Shown here: in pieces, positions 38,684-51,755 of the stretch | Position numbering within the stretch: the first letter of the stretch is position 1 | Layout: each line of letters opens with the position of its first letter | Assembly (NCBI GenBank): GCA_964016885.1 | Contig: OZ024742.1 | Coordinates: 210,366,001-210,430,000, forward strand | Source: Eledone cirrhosa | Taxonomy: Eukaryota | Length of the DNA stretch: 64,000 nt | Direction of reading: 5' to 3' | The notes under the pieces: model-generated | Seen by the model: the letters and a program-made list of their open reading frames with translations, nothing else | Database searches by the model: none | Told to the model about the DNA's origin: nothing | Made by a program: the position numbers and the translations under genes

Positions 38684-39105
38684 GTAAGTATTTTAATGAT
38701 TGTGACTATTTTAAAGAAAAATGAGCCTGATCATCATCATCATCATCATCATTATTTGACGTCCATTTTTCCATGCTTGCATGGGTTAAATGGGTTGTTG
38801 CATTAAGAGAAAAGTCAGGTCTAGAGACCATATCATGCTTATACAGATCTATACTTTGGCTTGGTTTCTACAGCTGGAAGCCCTTCCTAATGCCAACCAT
38901 GTTACAGTGTAAACTAGGTGCTTTTTATCATGGCAGCAAAACAGACACCTAACAGGGTGGACTGGGTGCTTTTTCTCATGTCACCAATGTTATCAAATAG
39001 TCTATCATAGTCTATCTTTTGTTAACATCTAGTGAAAGTTAAGATTAGGTGTAATTTTTCATTAGTTAACTACAACTGTTTATCATATCCTCTTTTTAAA
39101 AGATA

Positions 39106-40109
39106 CTAGCAGTGGAGCCCAGTGTTGCATGGGATTGGAAAAATTAAACTTGAAAAGTGTAGTAACATGTATAAATAAAATATCAAATATAATTGTGAGT
39201 TGCGCACATGGAATGGAAACATAGGTTGTAGTTTGTGCCCTATTTCCTTGGTGAAAAAATAAACCAGTAACACCTGGTGTTATTGTTGCTAACCGTTGGT
39301 GAGGACTTTTTCAATAGATCCGTTCTGACTCTTTTTCACCAATTAAGCTTTTTCTGGTACAACCGATGTCTTATGAAATGCGCCCTTTATACTAAACATC
39401 TGTGCATCACGTGCTATACCTGTGGGGGAAAAAAATCAATAAACCCGCATGGACCAAGCAGTAAATCATGCAATTGAGTTGGCCGTTTGACTTGATTTCT
39501 GCTGCTAGGGGCTACAGTAGGCAGAACAACTAAAATTTTATGAGTAAAAAATATTAAACGGAACACAATCCATAATTGGTGCAAATTTGAATAAAATCGG
39601 CCGCAAACTGTAGAAGTTGTTGACGTCGATACTTTTTTAATTTAGTTTTTCTCGCACAGGGCCCAAATTAGATAAAAACTCGAAAAATTGGTTAGTCCCA
39701 AATAATGTTTGGTACATGAGGCATAGTTGTTCCAAATTTGAAGGAAATCGGTCGCAAACTGTAGGCGTTATAACGATGTGGATTTTTTTTATTCGTTTTT
39801 TCTAGTCCAGGGGAAGCACTAAACAAAATGTTATGAGTCCAAAATAAAGTGGGGAACATAATGTATGTTTGGTCCAAATTTGAAGGAAATCGGATGTAAA
39901 CTGTAGAAGTTATTGACAAAAATGATTTTTTGAAGTCGGTTTTTTCTCTTATAGAGGGCGCAGTAGACACAAATTTGAAGATGCAATGAGTTTGTCCGAA
40001 GGTCAGGAGCATAACGCTAGTTTGTGCCAAATTTGAAGAAAATCGGTTGCACGTTGTAGAAGTTATGCGGAAACAGACACTCACACACAGTCTATTTTAT
40101 ATATATAGA
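39106..40109 (-). mobile_element. Non-autonomous Helitron with ~145-bp internal tandem repeats
   Basis: 5' A|TCTATATATATAAAATAG; 3' CCCATGCAACACTGGG hairpin then CTAG|T; CAAATTTGAAxxAAATCGG units near 39582, 39733, 39875 and 40028. Confidence 0.82.
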
Positions 40110-40130
40110 TATTCGACTATATATATGTGA

Positions 40131-40450
40131 AGCTGCGTGGCATAGTGGTTTAGAGGATGTTGTGCTCATAGTCGTATGGTTTTGAGTTTTGATTTCCTAA
40201 ACCAGGCAAAGCGTTGTCCTTGAGCATGACACTGTATTGCCTTAGTCAACTCAGCTGGCAAAATAAGTTGTACCTGTAATTCATAGGGCCAGCCTTGTCA
40301 TACATTATCATGCTGAATCACCCTGAGAACTACATTAAGAGTGCACTTGTCTGTGGAATGCTCAGCCACTTACCTGTTAATTTCACTTGTAGGCAGTTCT
40401 GTTTGATTGAATTAACTGGAGAACTCATCGCTGGAAATGATGGAGGTCCA
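40131..40450 (+). mobile_element. tRNA-derived SINE (third family)
   Basis: GTGGCATAGTGGTT head, TCCTTGAGCATGACAC domain, body TGTGGAATGCTCAGCCACTT; minus-strand relative at ~55335-55640 and head fragment at ~51880-51990. Confidence 0.7.
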
Positions 40451-40462
40451 ACAATAGAATTA

Positions 40463-40640
40463 CTGTGTATACTCAAATATAAGCCGAATAATATGTGACC
40501 AAAATATTGATGGAAGGAGGTCAGCTTATATTCGGGGTCAATATTTTGACAATTTTCACAACTTCAAATTCTACGTAAATAAGGTTTGGATTTTTGTCCA
40601 TTTCTCAGGCATAAAATAACTTATATTCCAGTATATATGG
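40463..40640. mobile_element. Tc1/mariner-pogo type MITE
   Basis: TA-flanked imperfect TIRs CTGTGTATACTCAAATATAAG / CTTATATTCCAGTATATATGG. Confidence 0.7.
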
Positions 40641-40958
40641 TACATTATTTAATGCGTCCTTTTTTGTGTAAATTGGTAGGTTTTGATTTGAGAGAAATTT
40701 ATCTGCTATTTCTAGCAAGTAGAGTGATCACATAGAGGGTAGTCATTAGCTCAATAGATTACAGGTTATTATTGTAAGCAGTAGACCCTGTGTTTTTTTT
40801 TCTTATATTTCTGATTTTATTTTATGCAAAATGAATCATAATAGTTATGTTAATAATTCTTGTGGTTAATATGATAATTTATCATTCATTCACACAGAAT
40901 TGTAACAAATTCCTATTCTATTTATGTTTGAATTTTTTTTCCTTATTTTCACCAACAG

Positions 40959-41040
40959 ACAGCACTGTGATTGGTGGCCCAATTGGTGGGCAAACGAAAA
41001 TTTCCTTAAGAAACGAACACTTGACTTACATATTAACATG
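40959..41040 (+). CDS. SURF1: SURF1 exon 8
   Basis: [27 protein letters not shown]; GGPIGGQT and LRNEHLxYxxTW motifs; GTGAGT donor. Confidence 0.97.
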
Positions 41041-41984
41041 GTGAGTGAGTTTGAATATTTTATCATCATCCAGGCATACTTATTGCATAGATCACCATGA
41101 CTTGTTCTCTCCGGTCTGTTCGGTTTGCTATTACTTGTAGTAGGTCTTCTTGTGTGCACTCAGAATGCTCGCACATCATGTACCCATGTTTAGTTCCCAA
41201 AGAAGAACATCACTGATGATCTCATCCTTTACTCTCCAGCAATGTCCAGTGAATCTAATGAATATTTACATAGTCCTTTTTGTGTTATAGTTTGAATAAC
41301 TAAGAAAAGAAACTGTAAAGTTCTATTTAATATGTCTGTGGCAGTAACACAGGTTAGAAATTTACTTGAGTGTCAATATGAGGCTATATGAAACCTTCAG
41401 TTATACATTTGTCATCCAAGTTACTACACAAGACATACCCTCATCAAATTGTACACACTGCCACCACTGAAAATATATCACTATATATATCATAGATAAC
41501 TCTCACCATCACTTCACTATTGTTGCTATCCTTCACTAGCTATCTCCTACAATGGCATGCTACTATTACTCAAATTCATGCCTACCAACAACAATCATAT
41601 AGCTACTATTGTTCTATTCCCTCCTATCCTTTCACCTTTTCCCTTCTTATCACCCAAATTTACACTTTCTCATTTAACCTCTAGGCTTTCATTCCCCTTC
41701 AAATTATACTTGGGCACTTTTGCCATGTGGAAGGAAATCAAACTCACTAATGTTGGTGCCATCATAAAATATGCCCAGTACACTGTAAAGTGGTTAACAT
41801 TAAGAAGATCATCCAAGCATAGAAACCATGCCAAAATTTGGAATGTATGAGTGCAATATGGTTTACTGACTTAACTAAAAGAACAATAACTCCCAAAAAG
41901 ACTGTAAAAAAACATCCAACCAATGTCAGTATGAAAAGCAAATGTAAAAAGGTAATGATGATATATATTTATATATATATATCA

Positions 41985-43790
41985 TCATTATCTTTTATGT
42001 ACCCATACTTTGCATTTGGGACATAAAATGGAATTTCTGCCTACTCCTTTCCTACACACTGAGCATGGCCATTTCCCAGAGGGGACCTGTGCCCTATTTT
42101 CCTTCCTACATACTAGAACTTTAGTCTTAGACAAGTTAACTTTAAGGCCTTTTGATTCTAGGCCATGCTTCCATGTTTGGAATTTCTTCTCTAGTTCAGC
42201 CATCGATTCAGCTATGAGCATTAGATCATCTGCATAGAGAAGTTCCCATGGACAGCTGGTCTTGAACTCCTGTTATAGCCTGAAGGGCAATAATGAATAG
42301 GAGGGGGCTAAGGACAGAGCCCTGATGAACACCAACTTTTATACTAAATTCTTCACTTTATTCGTTGCTAATTTTAACCTTGCTGACTCTTTCTTTATAC
42401 ATGGCTTGTATAGCTCTCACAAGTCATTCATCAACCCCTAGTTTTCTAACAGCCCACCAGATAATGGCGTGGGCACTCTGTCAAATGCTTTCTCCAAGTC
42501 AACAAAAGCTAAGTATAGTGGTTTACTTTTAACTAGGTACTTCTCCTGTAGTTGTCGTACAAGGAAAAGGACGTCTGTGGTACTTTTACCTGACACAAAC
42601 CCAAACTGCATTTCGTCTAGATCAATTTGCTCTCTGATTAGTTGCGCTATAACTTTTTCTGTGACCTTCATGACCTGGTCAATTAATTTAATGCCTCTAT
42701 AGTTTCCCCTATCTAGTGCATCCCCTTTACTCTTGTAGCAGTTAATGATGATGCTGCTACACCAGTCATTTGGTATGACTCCGTTCTGTATGACTCGGTT
42801 TACTATCCGGGTGACCATAGTGTGTCCCACCGTTCCAGATGCTTTCAGCATTTCAGCAACTATCTCCGAAGGCCCAGCTGCCTTGCCTGTCTTCATATCT
42901 TTGATTGCCTTACTTATTATACTACCTTCAACTTGCACTGCTGGTCTCTCTATTGGATCGATGTGGGGCAGATTATCTTTGTCCCATTTATTCTCCTCAT
43001 TTAGTAGCCTCTCGTAGTGACACTTCCAAGCTACCTTCTTATCAGCATCAATGATGGCAAGTACACCATCATCATTACGGACACACTTCTCCCTGACAAT
43101 ATCACGGTTTTCCTTGCATTGCCTAGCAATCCTGAACACCTCACGTTTTTGGTCCTCGCGTTGTAGAACATGCTTGAACTTTCTTTCCTCTGCTTCCCTT
43201 CTTGCAAAGTACACTTGTCTCCTAGCTTCCCTCCTGGCCACTTGATAGCGTTCTCTACTTCCCCCATACTTTCCAAGCCTGCTTTTTGGCCTTGATTGAC
43301 TCCTCCACCTTACTGTTCCACCACCAAGTTACTCTCCTCCTGCCTAGAGGTCTGCTCCAGCCACAGATTTCATCTGTCGCCTTCAGCAGGTTAACTTTCA
43401 GGAATTCCCACTGTTCCTCTATATTGTACGTCTCTAATTGCTCTTCCTTACTGTCAAAAGCATCAAGTAATATGCTTTTAAATTTGTTACTGGCTGTGGG
43501 GTCCTTTAACTTCCATATTCTTCTCCTTAGGGTCGTCCTCCTCTGTTGTCAAGTATGTCTCGTCCTGACTATGAGGCTATGTTGGGAGGTTCAGTCTTCA
43601 TGGAGGAGGGATTTAGTGTTTACAACAGACACTCTGTCACGTCTTCTGGTAAGGATATAATCTATCTGACTGGCGTGTTCCCCTGATCTATAGGTGATCA
43701 AGTGATTATCTTCGTTTTTTGAAGTTTGTGTTACAGATAGTTAGATTATTTGCGTCACAGAATTCCAGGATTCTGGAGTCTTCCTCATAT
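41985..43790 (-). mobile_element. RTE LINE internal fragment (EN end to RT and PHD-like finger)
   Basis: Closely similar to 18240-19810 and extending further 5'; frameshifted. Confidence 0.92.
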
Positions 43791-44087
43791 ATATATAATC
43801 ATCATCACTGTTTAATGTCTATTTTTCATGCTAACATGGTTTAGACAGGCTAATGTGCCTCCAGTAATCAAATTCACAACCATACAATCATGAACTGAAG
43901 TCTTATCCATAAATCACATGCCTTCACACATACGAACATCAGATTTTCCTTTACTTTTCCATGCTGGCATGGGCTGGACAGGATTTTTCAAGACAATGTT
44001 TTACTGACGAATGCCAATCCTTTTAGTTACCTCTTACAACATGCAAGGACATAGTGTACCTATTCTAAAAACCAGGATACACACAAC

Positions 44088-44593
44088 ATATACACCTCTC
44101 TAAGACAATGTCATTGGATCGAGATCTTTGGCGCTACGCAGTAATACAGAAGACCTACGTTCCCTATGTGCAAAGTTAACCTACAATCAGTAGGCCCCTC
44201 CAAACCCACTACCCCTACTCCACCCTTCCACTCCCGCCAACACCACCCTTTCTCTATAAAGTTATGTCGGTACCACAACATCCAGTCCAAACTAATGAGG
44301 TCGTGTAGGTGTCACAACAAAAAAAAAAGTTAAAAAAAAAGAAAAAGAAGGAAAGAGAGAAGGGGAAAAAAAACAAAACACAGTCCACGTTGCAATGTGG
44401 TCGTGTAGGTAACACGATAAAAAGCTCTGTAAATGTGGTTGGTGTTAGGAAGGGCATCCAACCATAGAAAACCTGCCAGATAGTCCTATACGAGCGAGAC
44501 ACGGTCACCTGACCAATCTTACCTCAAATGGGACAACTCCCATCTAACCCATGCTAGCGTGGAAGATAGACATTAAACGATGATGATAATGAT
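44088..44593 (+). mobile_element. RTE LINE 3' end
   Basis: LSKTMSLDRDLWRYAV..., 3' UTR and GAT tail. Confidence 0.82.
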
Positions 44594-44613
44594 GTAGGAT
44601 GTCTAAGGGAAAA

Positions 44614-46823
44614 TGTGCTCAATCTAGTACAAGAGAGTTTATTTAGTTTTTGTGGTGAGAAAGCTATTCCACTTACCGCGAGTCTGCTGGTTCACTCACA
44701 GCCATGCATCAATCTTTGGGTTATAATCAATTCGCCAAGCTGCAGCTTAATCTGGTACGTCCGTCATTCTCCAAGTCACCGCGAGAGATGCCCTATGGAC
44801 GTCGCCTCGGAAACGCATAGACGCTGCCTCAGAAACGCATCTTGCCTCACTCCTCCTCCGCATCCGGTCAAGCGTCCCCATCTGACGTCACCTGCTCCAC
44901 ACGCCCCCCCCCCCCCTGATCTCAAGGCCGTTACCGTTCCCTTTCCCCATTGTGATGTGCAACGTGCATCTGGGAGCTCAACCCAGACTTCCTCGCCCAC
45001 CTGTATGAATGCGTTCTCTCTCTCTACTGGCCGTTGTGGTACCGTGCACGGGTGCCGCCACTCGTATTTGTATATCGCTCTGTGTGGCACCGATTCCTCA
45101 GCCTGTCCCACCCGAGGGGACATGTTGTACCAAAATACTGCCTCCATTGGTGAGATGTGCCCCCGTTCTGCCATTGCTTTGATTGTGTGGTGGTGTTGCT
45201 CCATGATCCCATTTCCGCTCGGCCTGTATGCTGCTCTGAAGAAACGGTCCACCTTCCATCCATCAAGCATCTCCCTCAGCACCTCCAAGCGGAACGCTGC
45301 GCTGTTTGTTGTCCATCAGCAGTTCATCCACGGGGCCCCGCTCCAAAAATATCTCTCTCAACGTCCGCGTGATTTCTTTCGCAGTTCCTATCTTCATTTC
45401 CCTCCATATCGAATCAACCATCGAGAGGTATGTTCCCTGTCAGTAGTGCGTTACGTCCACCGCCAATCGCTTCCAGTCGCGATCCACCAGGAGACTTCCC
45501 GTCTCGTACAAACCCGGGGTGGGATCGATAGACTGGCATCGGATGCAGCCTCTGACCACACTCTGGACACTGTGTCTGCTAACGTCGGAATCGATTTTCC
45601 TGACTAGGAACAGGGTCCTATCCACTCCCATGTGGTGCATGGCATGCAACCCTTTAAGGTCCAACTCGCTCAGCCGACACACAGCGGCTATCCCCTCTTC
45701 TGCATCCATCGGCGCTTCCATCCAGGCTTTCTTCACCCTGGTTAAGACGTCTGCTCTATTTTTCTCTGAGGGCACGAAGACTACACTCAACTTCAGGCCG
45801 AACTCGGTGGCCAGCTCTCCTAGAGTTCCCTGCCGCCCTTCTCTTCTCAATGGTAAGCACTGACCTCACCCATCCGAGTACAGTCACCGAGTCGGTGCGA
45901 ATCTCGATGGTGCGCAGTCCTCACCTCAAGGCGAGGTTCACCCCTCTCAACACAGCGTCCAGCTCGGCCACATTGATGTGGTTACAATCATCATTCTTCC
46001 TGAGCCAGGCTGCATCCTCCACCTTGACACCTCCTATTTCCTTGTAGCCAGGTATTTGCTGCAGTCTCACCGCGATGTCATCCGGAAATCCGTTTATAAA
46101 TGCCAGCCACACTGCACACTCGCACTCGACCTGAAACCCCGCCAGCATGGCCAATCTTCTTATCTCCGCAGCAAAAATATCCACACACTGACCTTCCCAG
46201 CTTGGCAAACGTGGTACATGGACCTTCCGCAAACACTTCCATCATATGTCACTCAATTTTTTTTGCGTCCCTCTGGCTGATTTCGTCCATCTCGAGGTAC
46301 AATGCTAGCACATCCCCCTCGAGACAGAGCGCCATGAGACCGGCCACATCGTCTATCTTTTGTAGCTTGGCAACCATCCGGATCTTTTGCATCCAAGCGA
46401 TAACGTCTCCTTCACCGGTAAAAGCTTTAAGTACTTCACCGCTCAACCGTAATCTCGTCGCCATCTCTTTACTCCTGCGGTAAGTGATAAAACAAGATCG
46501 TCTTTGTTGTCAAGTAGCTTTGTCCCTTCTTTTTTTTATTGTACGTCTTCATGTGTTTATTTAGTTTTTGTGGTGAGAAAGCTATTCCACTTAGCGCGAG
46601 TCTGCTGGTTCACTCAAAGTCGTGCATCAATCTTCGGGTTATAATCAATTCGCCAAGCTGCAGCTTAATCTGGTACGTCCATCTTTCTCCAAGTCACCGC
46701 GAGAGATGCCCTACGGACATCGCCTCAGAAACGCATAGACGCAGCCTACGGACACCGCCTCGGAAACGCATCTCGCCTCACTCCTTCGGTCAAGCGTCCC
46801 CATCTGACGTCACCTCCTCCACA
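44614..46823 (-). mobile_element. Internally deleted LTR retrotransposon (Gypsy-like)
   Basis: Two similar LTRs (~44638-44901 and ~46556-46823), starting TGTGGAG on the minus strand; poly-G PPT at 44904-44917. A gag fragment (FTGEGDVIAW) is fused to RNase H (AAWLRK...HINVAELDA) and integrase (HHMGVDRT, CIRCQ, VDVTHY, GNGIME) remnants; no RT; no TSD seen. Confidence 0.85.
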
Positions 46824-46840
46824 CAGCCCCACAGTTTTTA

Positions 46841-47044
46841 TTAATGTTTATACACTTAACTTGCATACATTACCTTATTTTTCAGACCTCTGTCATCAGA
46901 TGCAAGAGAAAATTTTCTTTAAATTTGTCCTTTCACCTGATGATAGAGGTCAGTCTTTGAACTGCTACTCTATTATACAATGGTAGTCATAAACGAACCC
47001 TGAAACCTAAGGTAGCTCATACATGTTAAGTGTATGAACATTAA
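46841..47044. repeat. Fold-back (inverted) pair of degenerate hammerhead-like modules
   Basis: 46841-46860 is the reverse complement of 47025-47044 (19/20), 46871-46885 of 47000-47014, and 46885-46902 of 46934-46951; CTGATGA...GAAAC-CTAAG-GTA on the plus strand; followed by (TA)n. Confidence 0.6.
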
Positions 47045-47306
47045 CAAAGACTATATATATATATATATCAGCATGGAAAGTGGACGTTAAACAATGCTAA
47101 CAGGAGTTAGATAGGTTGTGGCATTTGAGGCAAGTTGGATTAGGTGACTGCGTCTTTCTTATAGATTTCTACAGCTGGATGCCCTTCCTAACAACTACAT
47201 TTACAGTGTGTGTTGGGTGCTTTTTGTCATGACATCTACACCACCACTTTAGAGTGTGGGCTTGGTGCTTTTTATTGTGACTCCTACATGACCACTTTAC
47301 AGTGTA

Positions 47307-47341
<35 letters not shown>

Positions 47342-47405
47342 GCAACCTTTGAGGTTGGATACTGAAGAGATCAAAAGGTAAACACAAGATAAAAGTGGCA
47401 TGAAA

Positions 47406-48592
47406 TACGTCCATTCTTCCACTCTAGCATGGGTTAAACGAGTTCTCCTGTTGTGGGCAATGCCATGTCAGGTGAACATGTCTTGCTCATACAGAACTGA
47501 TTTTGGCTTGATTTCTACAGCTGGATGCCCTTCCTAACACCAACCTCATTTACAGTGAGTACTGGGTGCTTTTTACCGTGGCGCTTACATGATCACTTTA
47601 CAGTGTGGACTGGGTGCTTATTTGTCATGATACCTTCACAACCACTTTACAATGGGAGGAGGGGCATACTGTCTATACGCTTCAGTTTGTACCTGTGGGA
47701 AGTTGGGTCTTCTGTATTACTGCGTAACGCCGGAGGTCTTGATCCTGTGTCATCGCCTTTGAGAAGTTTAATTGAGCAAGATCAGCTTTTATCACCTCAT
47801 CCCAGGTCTCCCCACTCCAAGGCTTTCATTAACTTTGAGTGCTCTGCACCTTTTTATGCAGCTGTCATCCTTCATGCACATCACATGTCCATACCAGCAT
47901 AATCTCCTCTCCTGCACACATTTGATTCCTCTTATGCTTAGTCTCTCTCTCAATTTGTGCCGTTCAAGTATGTTACTATTACACATCCATCAGAGCATGC
48001 AAGCTTCGTTTCTTTCTAATCTACGCAAGTCTTCTGCACACAATGCCCAAGTTTCACTACCATGCAACATTGCTATTCATATGCACGCATTATACAGTCT
48101 GCCTTTCATTTTGAGGGAAAAGCCTTTTGCAGCTAGCAGTGGTAGTAGCTCCCTGAACTTCTTCCATCCCATTCTTACCCTGGTTACTGTACTTTCAGAA
48201 CACCCACCTCCAATGCTAACTCAGTCACCTAGGTAGCAGGAGTTGTCTACTGTAGAAACAGTAGACAGCTTCTGCTACCTAGGTGACTGAGTTAGCACTA
48301 CCAAATTCAGCCCTCCCAGAATTTGGTAGTGCTTGTTTCCTGTGGTCGTTTGCTGCTTACTGTCCTGGTGCAACTGCTACATGTAAAGCCTACATTCTTA
48401 ACTAAACTTCCTGAGATCTCACTACATCTCTTGTGTACCCATAGTTTGCATTTGGGGCAGAGGATGGAATTTCTTCCTACACTTTTCCTACATCCCTGAA
48501 GGGATCTGTTTTCTCTTCTACTTATGAGGACCTTAGTCTTTGTCAGGTTGACTTTGAGATGCCTTCTTTCTTGACCCTGCTTCCATGTTTCT
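47406..48592 (-). mobile_element. RTE LINE 3' fragment, degraded
   Basis: Homologous to 37138-38302; contains an inverted duplication at 48214-48332. Confidence 0.88.
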
Positions 48593-48732
48593 TATAATTC
48601 AGTCCTAAAGACAATCTCCTAAATATTATCATACAAGTATGGAATAAAATTACTGATACTGTTGATTTAATTGTAGTGACTGTTAATTAACTTCTTACAT
48701 ACTCATTAATAATGTTTTCTTTTTCTCCACAG

Positions 48733-48826
48733 GTACACATTAAGTATTATAACAACCTGGATGTGGTATCGTATGTTTCGCCGACCTCCACCTCCTCAGC
48801 GGTTTAATCATTTAGGAATTAAATAA
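48733..48826 (+). CDS. SURF1: SURF1 exon 9 (terminal)
   Basis: CCACAG acceptor; (W)YTLSIITTWMWYRMFRRPPPPQRFNHLGIK*; AATAAA at 48822 and 48850; joined CDS is 900 nt = 299 aa + stop. Confidence 0.9.
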
Positions 48827-50926
48827 AAAAAACCCTTGTAATACTGTTGAATAAATTAGAAAAAATTTTACATTCATAAATTACCTTTTATTCTATAATT
48901 TTGCAAAGAACTTGGGACAAATATAAATCTCATAGTTTAACGTCCATTTTTCCATGTTGTCCTATTGTGAAAAATACCAGGTCAGGTGACCATGTTTTGC
49001 TTATACAGAATTGATTTTGGCTTGGCTTTTACAGCTGGATGCCCTTCCTAATGCCAACCACATTTACAGTGAATACTGGGTGATTTTTGTTGTGACACCT
49101 ACACAACCATTTTACAGTGTGGGCTGGGCACTTTTTGTCGAGTCACCATTGCGACCACTTTACAGTGTGGACTGGAAACTTCACTAGATGTATGCTTCAG
49201 CCTGTCCTCATGGGAGGGTGGGGTGATGCGTACTATATATATGCTTCAGCCTGTGTCTGTGAGAAGGCTGGTCTTCTGTATTACAGCTTAACGGCAATAT
49301 GATAGGTTCTTAGGAAAGTGATACCCGAATAGAACAAAATAGGCCGATAACAATCAAGGAAATGTAAGAATTCTATCAATTTAAGTAAGAAAGGGTTAAA
49401 ATACTTACAGCTGATCACCTGGACCAATTGGTTGCAACCCTTGAAAATATTTGACAATTACAAGTATTGGAAATTGATTATTAGCAAATCAGGACTCGGA
49501 GTACTTATCAACAGATAGTCTTAATGATAGCTAAAAATTTGTGTCCTGTCTATACAGAGGCAAAGCCAAGCATCTGTGTTCATCAGTATCTGACAAGAAC
49601 AGGCTATTAGGGGAATTTGGCGAGTGGATGCTAAAAATAGCAGCACCTCAACTGATTAAATCATGCTATATATATCATCACTTCATCATGCTGGTATGGG
49701 TTGGACAGGATTTTTGAGGCAATGTTTTAGAGCCGAATGCTCTTCCTGATATCAGCCCTTCTAATTGCTTCATACAACATGCAGAAGGTAGGAACAATAG
49801 AGGTTGGGAAAAAAAAAATCAGATGGTTGGGGAGGGTAGGTAAGTAGTCCAACGTGTATATATATCATCATCATCGTTTAACATCTATCTTCCACGCTAA
49901 TCTCAGTTTTGAAAATTGCCATCCCTTGACATTTTTCTCATACATGGATGGCATAAACATAACTTTTTAGCGCTGCCAAAGACTTAGATTCCCTTCTGCA
50001 TATGCTGCAGTGAAAGAAAATAAAAAGGCCATGCTCACACAACACACGTGAAAATCATTTAGATCAAGTAGTGTCTGAGCTTGAAGCTATTTTAAGTAAA
50101 GATAGGCCTTTCACTGGACCAATCCTCTCTAAACAATGGTGACAGGTATCCCAAAAGAATAGGTCAACATCATTGGCGGCCATTGAGTCACAGGTTTTAC
50201 ATTTAGAATGATGTCCTAACAAGAACTAGGCGTCTCTCACTCCTGGTGGGCTAACCACAAGCTCGGGCACCAAACACACATACATATATGAATGAAAATT
50301 CTCCGAATGCATAAGGTTCTTATGAACTTATGCTATATTAGTTTTGTGAATTTGTTGGAGTTTCAGAGTTAATCTTGGACTCAATGTCAATGCTTTGTCG
50401 TAACTTTACTATTAATGGGATGCAAAGCATCTCATTTGATGTTCTATCAATTCCATCAATCTACTGTCTTGGACTAGTACTTTTATCAACCACAAAAGAA
50501 TAAAAAGCGAAGTCGATCTTAGTGGGATTTATACATATAAAAAAAAGAGATTCCAAATAAAATATGAGGCAAGAGTTTCATTTTCTAGACATGAACTTAG
50601 GCATAGCCCAGCCAGATAAGGATTTTCGCAATACATATTTCTATAAGTTAAAAAACGTTTTGGAACATAAAAAAAGAGAAGAACATAGTTAAATGGGTTT
50701 GGCGTATTTGCCTCAATTTAATGAACATTTTCAATGCTCAATATTAACAATTCAATTCAACTATTTATAGAGCAAATACTACAAAGGTTTTATTTTTTAT
50801 ACACTTGAAAAGAACTCTTTTTATTTTAACATTTTTCTTTTACAATGTCTTGAATTTTTAAATATGAAGACAAAGGAAGGGAAAGAAAATGAGAAACAGT
50901 ATTGAGTTAAATCTTTTTTTTTTTCT

Positions 50927-51145
<219 letters not shown>

Positions 51146-51593
51146 TCAAACATCAGGATCTCCAAGTTATTAAAAAATATTCTGACAAAAATCATAAAGT
51201 GAATATAACTGAGTTTAAGATTTTCATTTTTTTTAAATTCTTACTGGTATTGGCTACAATAATTATTAAATAGTAATATGTTGTTTTTTTTTAGTTCTAT
51301 TTGTTTTCACTTAATCTGTAACAATTTCTATTGAAAGTATAACCAGCTTACAAAAAAGTTTATATCCTTGAAAAAATGTTTGAATCTTAACCAACGTTTT
51401 ATCAAAAAAAAAAAAAATATTTACTATTCAGTCAGGAATGGAAAGATCTTTGAGACTAGTAAGATGAATGGAGGTATCTTTAAACCAGAGATTTGAGACA
51501 GGACTTTGCTAAAGGCATTGAGTGTGTGACGGATTGAGTCCACCACCTGTACTGATGCAATTAGTAAAATCAGTTGTTTGAAAACTCCTATAG

Positions 51594-51755
51594 CAGGCAT
51601 GGGCAACGTTTTCGAGCAGTGACTACACAAGATGTGGCTTATCATAAGGTTAGCCGCACTACTAAAAAATTCAAGGCAATTTTGAAATCAGGTGTGCCAT
51701 TCAGAAAGACAAATGGGCCACATGTGGCTCACAAGCCACTGTTTGCCCATGACTG
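51594..51755. mobile_element. hAT MITE
   Basis: TIR CAGGCATGGGCAA / TTGCCCATGACTG; flanks TCCTATAG / TCCAAGAG (6 of 8 match). Confidence 0.72.

Noticed and set aside
44615-45607. 330-aa plus-strand ORF
   Set aside because: Antisense shadow of the LTR/integrase region with no recognisable domain.
47358-47416. CTGAAGA...GAAATACGTC
   Set aside because: No stem II, and the 3' part is the terminus of the adjacent RTE.
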